Of a stretch of 42,744 nucleotides of DNA, positions 34,075 to 42,744 are shown piece by piece. The stretch is from a virus (taxonomy: Duplodnaviria; Caudoviricetes), in IMG/VR virus record IMGVR_UViG_3300032116_000438, positions 1 through 42,744 of that record; one strand, given 5' to 3'. The position numbers and the translations under genes are program-made. Positions within the stretch are counted from its first letter, which is position 1; every line of letters begins with the position of its first letter. Below the pieces are notes generated by a model, which saw only the letters and a program-made list of their open reading frames with translations, had not been told where the DNA came from and did not search any database.

Positions 34075-36264
34075 ATGAGCATTGCTTCTCTGTTTAAACC
34101 AGTAGATTCTTCAAAGACACGTCTTCCAAGGACTGACGTACTGGAACGTGTTGCCAAATATGCTGATGGTAAATCAGTTGTGTCAAACTACTTTGACATC
34201 TCCACTGAAGAGCTTATCGATATGCTTCGTAAGGATTTAGTTCCAGCATCAGAAATAGAGTATGTCTCGGATATTGTGAGAACTCGTCTGTCTGGTGAGA
34301 CTACTGCTGCACCAAAGAAAAGTGTTGGCGAAACTATTAAGAATACTGCTAAGGAGTTTACAGTCTCTGATCCCACGAAGGATTTTATTACACCTGAATC
34401 AGTGGTTAATAGTGCCAAAGGTTTTATTGACGCATCTTCGGCTCCAAGTGGTTTTGAACGTGGCAATTACCTTGAGTCATTGATTGGTAGTGGTGAAACT
34501 GGTGGTGCTCCGCAGCGTGGGTCACCCGCCAAGGACAAGGATTATACTGATCCACTCAATGCTCGTCCAGATGCACCACCAGCACGTCTTGGGCTAGAGG
34601 GACTAACTCCGGGTCGTAGACCTTCCGGTGGTATGAGTTATACGCCTGAAGCACCAGAAGAAAATAGACCTAAACAAGATTACTTTGCAAGATTAAGATC
34701 TGGTGGTGCTCGTCCTGAAGGGGAAGCGTCTGGGTTTCCTGTTGCTATTGCTCCGGGTGGTGCTCGTCCTGAAGGAGAAGCGTCTGGGTTTCCTGCAGCA
34801 TCTCAATCTCAAATTGATGCATATAAGTTAAAGCCAGACGCAGACCGTGTTGCTCGTGGTCTTGATAGTCTGCAGAGTCTTAAAGATTCTCGTACTGCAT
34901 CTATTATGGCTGAAAATCTTGGCGGTTCTGATGCTATTAAAGTAGACCAAGTTAAATCTGCTAATAAACCCGGAGAAGATACTGCAGCAACATCAGAACT
35001 TACTCGTATGTCGAGTCCAGACCCAAGAAACTTAGAAAATACTGGATTAATTGATACACTTAAAAGGTATTTGGGACCAACTCCAGTTCAGCAATATAAA
35101 AAAGAAGTTAATCAAGATATTATAGAGAAGGATAAGGCAGCAAGAAGGGATGACCAAATACAGAGTCAACGCCTTGGTCTTGGCATGGCTCCTCCTCCTA
35201 GTGGTCCAGTTTATCCTGTAAAAAAAGGAACATCATTTACAGAGTTTCTTTATGGTAGACCTGAAGCACAAAGGATGGAAGAAGAGGCAATAGCAACTGC
35301 CGCCTCCGAGGCCGCTGATAAAGCAACCACAGATCGAATGAATGCTAGAGAGGCTGGTATCTCTGCCCTTTCATCAAATGTTGGTACTGCAACTGATCAG
35401 TCAGGTGGTATTGTTCCTCGCGGTGTTGATCCTACTGGTATCGGTAGGGATTCTACTCCTACTCCTGCCTTTGTCGCGGGTACTGATCCTACTAGGGTAA
35501 CTTCGGCTCCTTCGACTTCTTCGCAGCCTTCGGTTACTCCTCCTGCATTTCGTAGTGGATTGGATGATAAACCTACTAAGGACGACAAAAAGGCCATTCA
35601 GGAAACTGCAACAGAAGTAGCAAAGAATCCATCTGTTGGTGGTATTCAGTCGTTGTTTGAACAAGCTGGTTTCAGTGACGCTTTACTGCAGCTTGGTCTT
35701 GGCATGATGGCATCTAAGAATCCAGACTTCCTTGGTGCTCTTGGTGAGTCTGGACAGGGTGCTGTTGCTCTTATGGCAAAGCAACGCGAAGAGGCTAAGA
35801 AGGCAAAGCTAGAAGCAGATAAATTGGATCTTGAAAAGCAACGTAATGCCATTTATGGAAGGTCTGTTGATAACGCTGCTACAACAGATAAACGTCCAGC
35901 AATAGTGCAGACTTCAGAAGCATATTCAACAGCAATTAAAACGGCTAAAGAACAAGCAAAAAACAATGAGTTTGATACCACTGAACAGTTTATGGCACGT
36001 GACTATGCTTCTAAGCTTCTTGTTCCTGCTGCTCAAGAAGCTGCACAAAAGGCTGCAATTGCATGGGATAAAATATATGACGGTCTTTTGTCTTCTAAAA
36101 AGAAGGAGTATGAAGAGAAAAACCCTAAAGATGCTTATGTGAATAAAGCATATCAAGCATCACTTCAGCAAAACCCAACACTGTATAAGCTACTTAATAT
36201 AGGGGTTCCTACTGAGGAAAATACAGTTAAAAAGTTTAATCTTGCTACTGGTACTATAAATTAA
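34075..36264 (+). CDS. Internal virion/ejection protein
   Basis: 729 aa, largely low complexity; LLQLGLGMMAS..P.FLGALG..G hydrophobic segment followed by a coiled coil. Confidence 0.75.
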   Translation: MSIASLFKPVDSSKTRLPRTDVLERVAKYADGKSVVSNYFDISTEELIDMLRKDLVPASEIEYVSDIVRTRLSGETTAAPKKSVGETIKNTAKEFTVSDPTKDFITPESVVNSAKGFIDASSAPSGFERGNYLESLIGSGETGGAPQRGSPAKDKDYTDPLNARPDAPPARLGLEGLTPGRRPSGGMSYTPEAPEENRPKQDYFARLRSGGARPEGEASGFPVAIAPGGARPEGEASGFPAASQSQIDAYKLKPDADRVARGLDSLQSLKDSRTASIMAENLGGSDAIKVDQVKSANKPGEDTAATSELTRMSSPDPRNLENTGLIDTLKRYLGPTPVQQYKKEVNQDIIEKDKAARRDDQIQSQRLGLGMAPPPSGPVYPVKKGTSFTEFLYGRPEAQRMEEEAIATAASEAADKATTDRMNAREAGISALSSNVGTATDQSGGIVPRGVDPTGIGRDSTPTPAFVAGTDPTRVTSAPSTSSQPSVTPPAFRSGLDDKPTKDDKKAIQETATEVAKNPSVGGIQSLFEQAGFSDALLQLGLGMMASKNPDFLGALGESGQGAVALMAKQREEAKKAKLEADKLDLEKQRNAIYGRSVDNAATTDKRPAIVQTSEAYSTAIKTAKEQAKNNEFDTTEQFMARDYASKLLVPAAQEAAQKAAIAWDKIYDGLLSSKKKEYEEKNPKDAYVNKAYQASLQQNPTLYKLLNIGVPTEENTVKKFNLATGTIN
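34702..34795 (+). repeat. 40-bp near-exact direct repeat (54-nt period)
   Basis: 34702-34741 and 34756-34795 match at 39/40 and encode GGARPEGEASGFP. Confidence 0.85.
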
Positions 36265-36286
36265 ATAACTCTCATTAGGAAATAGT

Positions 36287-39200
36287 ATGCCAACACAAGT
36301 TGATATTCCGGGAATTGGTATTGTTGAATTCCCTGATGGGATGACTGATGATCAGATTTCTCTTGCTATTAAAAGAGATATCTTAAAGCAAGAACCAACT
36401 CCTGTAGTTGCTCCACAAGCAGCACCAGAACCTCCTGCTGAAGGTTTTGTAGCGCGTACCACTACGGCTCTTGGAGATGTCCCAGAAGCTATTGCTCGTG
36501 GCTACTATGGTGCAAAGACTGGACTAAATGTTCTTGGTCTTGAGACTGGACTTCTAACCCCTGAAGAAGCTGCTGCTAATATTGCTGCTAGTACTGAAGC
36601 TGCAAAGCAATATGCTATGCCCGAATCAGTTCGTAAGGGTATGGAAGAGATTCAAAACGCTCAAGGGTGGAAAGAGACAGGTCTTGCACTTGCAAGAAAC
36701 CTTGACGTAATTCCTTCTGTCCTTGGTGAAAGTATTCCTGCATCTGCAACATCAATTGGTACTGGTCTTATTGGTGGTTTGCTTGGTGCTGTTGCTGGAC
36801 CTGTTGGTGCAACTGCTGGTCTTTCTACTGGTGTTGGTGTTGGTTCTGCCGCGACAGAATATGCAAGTTCTCTTAATCAATTTCTTACGTCTAAAGGCGT
36901 TAACACGTCTGACCCAGATCAGTTAAAGGCAGCTTTCTCTAATCCAGACCTAATGTCAGAAGCACGTAATGATGCCGCAACTCGTGGTATTGCTGTTGGT
37001 GCATTTGATGCTCTATCTGCTGGTATTGCTGGACGGTTATTTGCTCCAGTTAAGGGAGCATTGGGTGACAAGGCTCTTGGTACTGTTGCTGGAACTGGTG
37101 CAGAAATTATTAGCCAAGCTGGTGCTGGTGCTGGTGGTGAAGCTGCTGCACAATTAGCAACAGAAGGTAAAATTACATCTCCCGGAGCAGTTGCTCTTGA
37201 AGCAGTGGGTGAAATTGTTCCCGGTATTGCTGAGGCTGCTATCAGCAAGGCAACTGGTGCTCGTACTACTGCAGAGTCACCTATTCCCCCACCATCTTCT
37301 CTTCGCGAACAAGCACTAGTTGAGTTCTATAAAACACCCGGTGCAACAGAAGTTGCTACTGAGGCTGACCGTATTTCCACTGAACAACTCGCGGCTCAAG
37401 ACAAAGCATATAATGATAGTCTTGCTGCTGCGACACCTACTGCGGTAGTTCCACCTACTACAACAGAATATGGTGCTGCTGCCGTATCTACGGCTGTACC
37501 TACTACAGAACAACCTGCTGCTACACCAATTCCACAAACTACAACAGAGTTTGGTGCTGCTACTACTCCTACTGCTAAAGAACCTGCTGCTCCAGCAGTG
37601 CAGAGTGATTCAGTTAAACTGGCAAATATCTACATTGACAAGTTGACAGAGCAGAATCGCCCTGAGTTGGTTAACAAGGTTCGTGCTATCATTGCTACCA
37701 ACGATGATACCATTATTAACACTGGTCTTAGTGCTGTAGATACTGTCTATGACATGATCAAGAGTGGTACGTTAGATCCAAAGTTTGTTTCTCAAGGAAA
37801 GATTACTGACTCTCAAGGAAACGAAGTCGCTGGTGGTTATATGCCATCAACGCAGACTATCCGTTTAAACAACCTTGACTCTACCAGTGCATACTTTGAT
37901 CCTATCACCACTGCAGCACACGAAGCAGTTCATCATCTTGACAATCTAGCAACTGGTACAGACTTCGCTCGTGTCAGTGAGTCGATCTTTTCTCCTATTG
38001 CTTCAAAGTGGCAGGGCGGCAAGGATCTTTTGTCTTTGCTTCCTCGTTCTGTAAAGTCACAATACGGCAAGGCTGGATTAGAATACCTAGAAAACCAACT
38101 TGCAAATATACCAGAAGGTGAGAAAAACCCATACGAGGTTCGTGCTTATCTTATCGGTGCTCGTACACACGACAGAATGTATGGAACGACTCCAAAGAAT
38201 AGAAACTTTATTGGTAAGGTTCTTGACTTTGGGGCTGAGTTCGTGGAGCGTTTCGCGAATAAGATTTCTGGCGTTGGCTGGACATCTGCAGGTGACACAC
38301 TCAATGCTATTTCCTCTGGCAAGTTGAGTCAGGGACTGATGAACCTTGGTATCGTAGCCAACCCACAGGCTACCGCCCAGAAGCCTCCAGCAGCCCCACC
38401 GAAGCCTCCAGCAGCACTAGCAGATGCAACTGCACCTACTGTAGAAGAAGCCGCTGTACAGCCTCCTGTGGAAGAGGTTATTCCACCTAAACCTAAAGGT
38501 AAGAAAAAGTCAAAAGCTGCACCTACTGTTGATGAAAATGCTCCTATTACAGAATACGATAATGAGCCATATGTTTCGCCATATGGTTTAAAACCCCCTG
38601 CTCCTCCTGTTGTTGAACCTAAAACTGAATCTGATGAAACTCGCATTGCTGCGGCGATTGATGCGGGGGAATATTTTTCTCGTGCATCATTTGCTAAAGA
38701 TACGAAGATTCCTAATAGTCGTAATGGTGAGTTCTTTGGAAAAGGAATCACGAATGAAGAGGCTATGTCTCTTACGAGGAGATTAGGAACAGGTATTAAG
38801 CCGGGTCGTATTTATCTTCCTGAAGGGGATGATACAAGAGGCAGAGCACATATTGAAAAACAAGGTCATATCCCAGAATTGCAAGACATTGGCTTTAATG
38901 GAATAGTAGACGCTCTCGAATATGTTACTTCAAAAAGAGAAAATAACGACTTCAATATTGGAGGTGGAACTAGCTATGTCATTTCTGCAATTAAGAAGGT
39001 CAACGGCAAGGATGTAAAAATTTTTGCTGCTATTGCACCAGATCTTAATGACACGTCAAAACACTCTGTTATTACCTTGTATCCTAGCACTGGTAAAAAA
39101 CCATCTGAGCGCGGTGCTACTCAAGTCGATAGGGGTACGTCTGAGCGTATGAAGTCTCTTACACCTGAACAACGCCGTGCAATGATTATGAACAAGGAAC

Positions 39201-42200
39201 AGTTCTCTCGTGCTGCTGCTCAGACAAGTGCAAACGTTGAAGAGTTCAAGAGTTGGTGGAAGCGAAGCAAAGCTGTAGACACCAATGGTGAACCAAAACG
39301 CTTCTATACTGGAAAAGCAACTACCCGCTTGGATAAAGATGGTAAGCCATTCAAGTCCTTTACTAGGGCTGGATCTGGTGTAATGTTGGATGCGATGGGT
39401 AAGCCTATTCCGGGTATGAAAGGGCCATTCTACTTTAGTCCTGATGCACCTTTTGCTGATCAGTTTGCGATGCGGCGATTGTCTCAAAACGACTTTAAGG
39501 AAAATAAGGTTAATCAAGCGAATGACGGTGGTAGGATGATTCCAGTCTTCCTGTCAGTACAAAATCCGTTTGACTTTGACAATCCAGAGCACGTTGCTCG
39601 GATCATGCAAGATCAAATATTAAAGTCTGATGTGCTGAGAGGTCGTATTCAGAAGCGTCTTATTGAAGATGGCTTCTGGAAAGAGATTGAAAAAACAGCC
39701 GTTCAAGGTGCAATTAGACGCTCTGGTTTTGACGGGTTCTATCTTACAGAAACAATCCCTGAATACAACGACAACAACGAGCCTACAGGCAAAGAGATCA
39801 CTTCAAAAAACCTAGCCGTTTATAATCCTAAGCAAATCAAGGGTGTATTCAACGAATTCGCTCCCGGAACAGCAGAGTCAGAACAATTCTCTCGTGCTCG
39901 TGCTACTGGTGATCAATTCAGCACTGACATGAAGTCTAGATCAGATAGGAAGTTTGGTGTTTATCCTTACTTGAGAGCATTTACTAACGTTTTATTTGAT
40001 CATAAGCGCAAGATCATGGCTGGTGTAAATCCAAACAATGCCGCTTTACAGATTCAATACTTAAACGAACTAGAGCGTAACTATCCTAACCCACTGGTCG
40101 ATGCTGAGACATTTACAACAATGGCTTCTGATGCATTTGGCTCTGCTGTAGTAGATAGTTCTGTTCCACTTCCTCCATATAACGCTATTCGGATGGTTCA
40201 AGATCCTACCATTATCGAACAACAAATTGGTAGAATGAGTCCAAGTCAGCGACAGATGGCTGAAGATGGATTTAAACTTGGTAAGCGTGTCAAGGCAGCG
40301 TATGTAAATGGTAAGATGACTCCAAGTCATACCGCAAAGTTAGTACTTTGGGGTATATTGAGCCGTGGTGTTAGCCCGTTCATTCAAGAAAGTGCTTTCC
40401 TTGATGTAGTAACAGAACGTGGTAACAAGGCTGGTATTGGATATTTTATTGAATCTGCTCTTAATGGTGAGTTCAATAAACGGGAATACCTTGATTGGTC
40501 CAACATGATTATGCCTGAGTCATCTCCGGGCAATTCAACAAAGCATAACCTTAATGGCTTTGGTGACTCACTTATGAAGTTATCTGAGACTCTTCCATCT
40601 GGAAAGACACTGCTTCAAGAGTTGCATGATATGATTGCTGACTATAGATTGTCAGGTAAAGAAATTCGTCGTCGGTTCCATAGCATTAATACTGGTATTG
40701 GAATTAATAACAAAGTTCTTTCATTCGTGCTTTTGGTTTCTGGTCGTACTGATGTTGTTGTTTTGGATCGTGTGCAAATGCGTAATCTATTCAATGACGG
40801 TCGTTTTGATTCTTATAATCTTTACGATGGCGAAAAAATACCAAAGATGGTGAAGAACCAAAAGACAGGCAAGACTGCCCTCAAGGATGTTCAAGATGTT
40901 GGTACAAACATGAACAAACTTGGTGATGATATGGTTGGTCTGATGTATTACGAAGCCATTGAACGTGGTATGAAAGATGCCATCAAGACGGCTTATAATA
41001 ATCTTGGTCGTGGTGATGGGTCACCGGGGCAATTCCATTGGGAAAGTTGGGTTGCTACTTCTGCACAGGAAGTCGATCATGGTAGCATCGAAGGTATTCT
41101 CCGCGATGCTCTTGGTGTGGTAGATCCATACTATAATATTAATACACGTCAAGGAAAGTATGACGAGTTTTCATCTGGTATGATATATGGCTATGATAAA
41201 AACGCAGCACCATATGTTGACCTTCCAGATGGATTAGGAAACTTCTTTAGGTTTACACCATCAGATGGTAAAGAAGTTCTTGATCAAGTAAAGAAACCAG
41301 CGAATGGTATAGTCCCTGAAAACTTTAAGGTGAGTCAAAATGTCGAAGGACCGTGGTACAACAACAAACAAGTCAACAAAGCCAAGCTTAACCAACTATA
41401 CTCCGAAAGAGGAACCTTGGTTTACGGAGATAATGCAGGACTTGGCAAAGCTGACACCGATGTCATCGGACGCAGAAACACAGCAGCCGCCACCGCCTCC
41501 GCAGTAGAACGTGCAATTGCTAGGTCTGGTGAGCAATTCTCTCGTGCTGCTGCACAGACAGGTGAGAACGTTGAAGAATTTAATACATGGGGAAGAAATG
41601 CAATAGTATCTAACGATATTGGAGAACCGCGTCGGTATTATACCGGAACGTCAAAAGATACTATTTTTAAAAAGTTCAAAGTTGAACGACATGGTGCTTG
41701 GTTTGCTTCTGATCCTGAAACAGCATCTATGTATGCTGAACGAAATGATAGCCAAGGATATAAATACGATATTGAGCGAGGGTTCTTTGAAATAAACACC
41801 GCAAGTCGTGTCATACCTGCGTTTTTAAGAGCCGAAAATCCATATACAGGTGATTTACCTTCAGAAGCAAAGAAAGATAATTATAAAAAGGCTCAGTCTG
41901 ATTGGTTTGATAGTCTTCGTAGGCAGGGATATGACGCTTGGATTCCAGAAAGCATCAATGGGAACCTTGTTGTTATATTAAAAGATCCAAATCAAATCAA
42001 AGGTGCGTTTAACGAATTTGCACCGGGAACCGCAAAGTCGGAACAGTTCTCTCGTGCAAATCAACGACAGAAGGATATCCTTAAAAGTATGATGGCTCCA
42101 CCTAATAATAAGGGTGGCATTGAAAAGTTTGCGTCAGAAGTGTATGTAAAGGATGGTAGCCTTGGCAGTGGTCTTGGTGGACTAAAGGTTAGGTTCATTC

Positions 42201-42744
42201 AGGGTCTGTTTGATTATCTCGCACCACTAAAGCTTATTGCACCAAATGCATATAAGAAGTTCCGCATTGCCAATAACTCAGCAAGTATTGCTCTAAGTGT
42301 TATAGCAAACGGACCTATTGAGCGTTTCAAGGGTGGCTACAGGACTATTCCCGGTGCAAAGTCCCTTACTGCTATTATTGATGGTATTGGTAAAAAGTAC
42401 GGCCCAGAGGGTGTTCATCTCTGGACTGGTTACATGGCTGCTAAAAGGTCAAAGCGTCTTATCCTCGAAGGAAGAGAGTCGTTGATGACACAGGCAGACA
42501 TTGATGAGATGCTTGATCTCATTAATCAATACCCTGAATTCGAGACAGCACGAAAAGAATGGATAGAGTTCAATGACAAAAATGTTGACTTTGCTCGTGC
42601 AAATGGAACTCTTACTGCAAGAGAAGCAGCTTCTTGGAAGGCAAATGGTGATTACATTCCTTTCTATCGTGCTCTTGATGATGACGGTGGTCTTGTCGCT
42701 CCGGGTGTAGGAACACTTGCAAGACAGTCTGATGTATCCAAGAA
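36287..42744 (+). CDS. Giant polyvalent internal virion protein (>2150 aa, 3' partial): HExxH peptidase, BECR-type nuclease, ART, HhH-GPD glycosylase-like, ART, conserved C-terminal region
   Basis: Translated by hand with no stop from ATG 36287 (AGGA RBS) to the window end. N-terminal VEFPDGMTD.QI; Gly/Ala hydrophobic stretches; HEAVH at 37919; two ART-PolyVal-like domains; GIGINNK...LDR; DYIPFYR near the end, as in LPD38-type proteins. Confidence 0.9.
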   Translation, partial: MPTQVDIPGIGIVEFPDGMTDDQISLAIKRDILKQEPTPVVAPQAAPEPPAEGFVARTTTALGDVPEAIARGYYGAKTGLNVLGLETGLLTPEEAAANIAASTEAAKQYAMPESVRKGMEEIQNAQGWKETGLALARNLDVIPSVLGESIPASATSIGTGLIGGLLGAVAGPVGATAGLSTGVGVGSAATEYASSLNQFLTSKGVNTSDPDQLKAAFSNPDLMSEARNDAATRGIAVGAFDALSAGIAGRLFAPVKGALGDKALGTVAGTGAEIISQAGAGAGGEAAAQLATEGKITSPGAVALEAVGEIVPGIAEAAISKATGARTTAESPIPPPSSLREQALVEFYKTPGATEVATEADRISTEQLAAQDKAYNDSLAAATPTAVVPPTTTEYGAAAVSTAVPTTEQPAATPIPQTTTEFGAATTPTAKEPAAPAVQSDSVKLANIYIDKLTEQNRPELVNKVRAIIATNDDTIINTGLSAVDTVYDMIKSGTLDPKFVSQGKITDSQGNEVAGGYMPSTQTIRLNNLDSTSAYFDPITTAAHEAVHHLDNLATGTDFARVSESIFSPIASKWQGGKDLLSLLPRSVKSQYGKAGLEYLENQLANIPEGEKNPYEVRAYLIGARTHDRMYGTTPKNRNFIGKVLDFGAEFVERFANKISGVGWTSAGDTLNAISSGKLSQGLMNLGIVANPQATAQKPPAAPPKPPAALADATAPTVEEAAVQPPVEEVIPPKPKGKKKSKAAPTVDENAPITEYDNEPYVSPYGLKPPAPPVVEPKTESDETRIAAAIDAGEYFSRASFAKDTKIPNSRNGEFFGKGITNEEAMSLTRRLGTGIKPGRIYLPEGDDTRGRAHIEKQGHIPELQDIGFNGIVDALEYVTSKRENNDFNIGGGTSYVISAIKKVNGKDVKIFAAIAPDLNDTSKHSVITLYPSTGKKPSERGATQVDRGTSERMKSLTPEQRRAMIMNKEQFSRAAAQTSANVEEFKSWWKRSKAVDTNGEPKRFYTGKATTRLDKDGKPFKSFTRAGSGVMLDAMGKPIPGMKGPFYFSPDAPFADQFAMRRLSQNDFKENKVNQANDGGRMIPVFLSVQNPFDFDNPEHVARIMQDQILKSDVLRGRIQKRLIEDGFWKEIEKTAVQGAIRRSGFDGFYLTETIPEYNDNNEPTGKEITSKNLAVYNPKQIKGVFNEFAPGTAESEQFSRARATGDQFSTDMKSRSDRKFGVYPYLRAFTNVLFDHKRKIMAGVNPNNAALQIQYLNELERNYPNPLVDAETFTTMASDAFGSAVVDSSVPLPPYNAIRMVQDPTIIEQQIGRMSPSQRQMAEDGFKLGKRVKAAYVNGKMTPSHTAKLVLWGILSRGVSPFIQESAFLDVVTERGNKAGIGYFIESALNGEFNKREYLDWSNMIMPESSPGNSTKHNLNGFGDSLMKLSETLPSGKTLLQELHDMIADYRLSGKEIRRRFHSINTGIGINNKVLSFVLLVSGRTDVVVLDRVQMRNLFNDGRFDSYNLYDGEKIPKMVKNQKTGKTALKDVQDVGTNMNKLGDDMVGLMYYEAIERGMKDAIKTAYNNLGRGDGSPGQFHWESWVATSAQEVDHGSIEGILRDALGVVDPYYNINTRQGKYDEFSSGMIYGYDKNAAPYVDLPDGLGNFFRFTPSDGKEVLDQVKKPANGIVPENFKVSQNVEGPWYNNKQVNKAKLNQLYSERGTLVYGDNAGLGKADTDVIGRRNTAAATASAVERAIARSGEQFSRAAAQTGENVEEFNTWGRNAIVSNDIGEPRRYYTGTSKDTIFKKFKVERHGAWFASDPETASMYAERNDSQGYKYDIERGFFEINTASRVIPAFLRAENPYTGDLPSEAKKDNYKKAQSDWFDSLRRQGYDAWIPESINGNLVVILKDPNQIKGAFNEFAPGTAKSEQFSRANQRQKDILKSMMAPPNNKGGIEKFASEVYVKDGSLGSGLGGLKVRFIQGLFDYLAPLKLIAPNAYKKFRIANNSASIALSVIANGPIERFKGGYRTIPGAKSLTAIIDGIGKKYGPEGVHLWTGYMAAKRSKRLILEGRESLMTQADIDEMLDLINQYPEFETARKEWIEFNDKNVDFARANGTLTAREAASWKANGDYIPFYRALDDDGGLVAPGVGTLARQSDVSK
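38669..42058 (+). repeat. Five E(Q/Y)FSRA domain-delimiting repeats
   Basis: At 38669-38686 (EYFSRA), 39197-39214, 39881-39898, 41531-41548 and 42041-42058; DNA core TTYTCTCGTGCW in all five. Confidence 0.9.

Noticed and set aside
36723-40853. Short ORFs listed by the track in the last 6 kb
   Set aside because: All lie out of frame with or antisense to the single giant ORF starting at 36287, which the track omitted, probably because it has no stop in the window.
1-42744. Stop-codon reassignment or prophage integration
   Set aside because: Genes are full length and densely packed under the standard code, and no integrase, att-like junction or host genes are visible.

Overview
This window is a large part of a tailed dsDNA phage genome with podovirus-type architecture. 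It resembles uncultured aquatic HTVC010P/P22-like phages. An alphaproteobacterial host is plausible but is only an inference. From left to right it contains: (1) short minus-strand early genes under a GC-rich, hairpin-dense ~380-nt leader; (2) an AT-rich array of IHF-like repeats, then terS; (3) an inverted cassette of XRE regulator, coiled-coil protein and SpeD-like pyruvoyl decarboxylase; (4) an HNH protein, a structured intergenic region, class II ribonucleotide reductase and a DUF3310-MazG fusion; (5) terL, portal, GroES, scaffold, major capsid, neck/tail and fibre genes; (6) an embedded lysis cassette; (7) ejection proteins around a GNAT. The window ends in a >2150-aa ORF (36287 to past the end) that the ORF track missed. 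I translated it by hand. It has an HExxH metallopeptidase followed by four effector-like domains: BECR-type RNase, ART, HhH-GPD/Ogg-like DNA glycosylase and a second ART. Each effector is bracketed by a repeated E(Q/Y)FSRA motif, which suggests a self-processing, cassette-like injected polyprotein. Other unexplained signals are two candidate structured ncRNAs and at least 14 copies of the palindrome GTTTAAAC. I saw no tRNA, CRISPR array, integrase or DNA polymerase. All family assignments come from motif recognition by eye, not from database searches.
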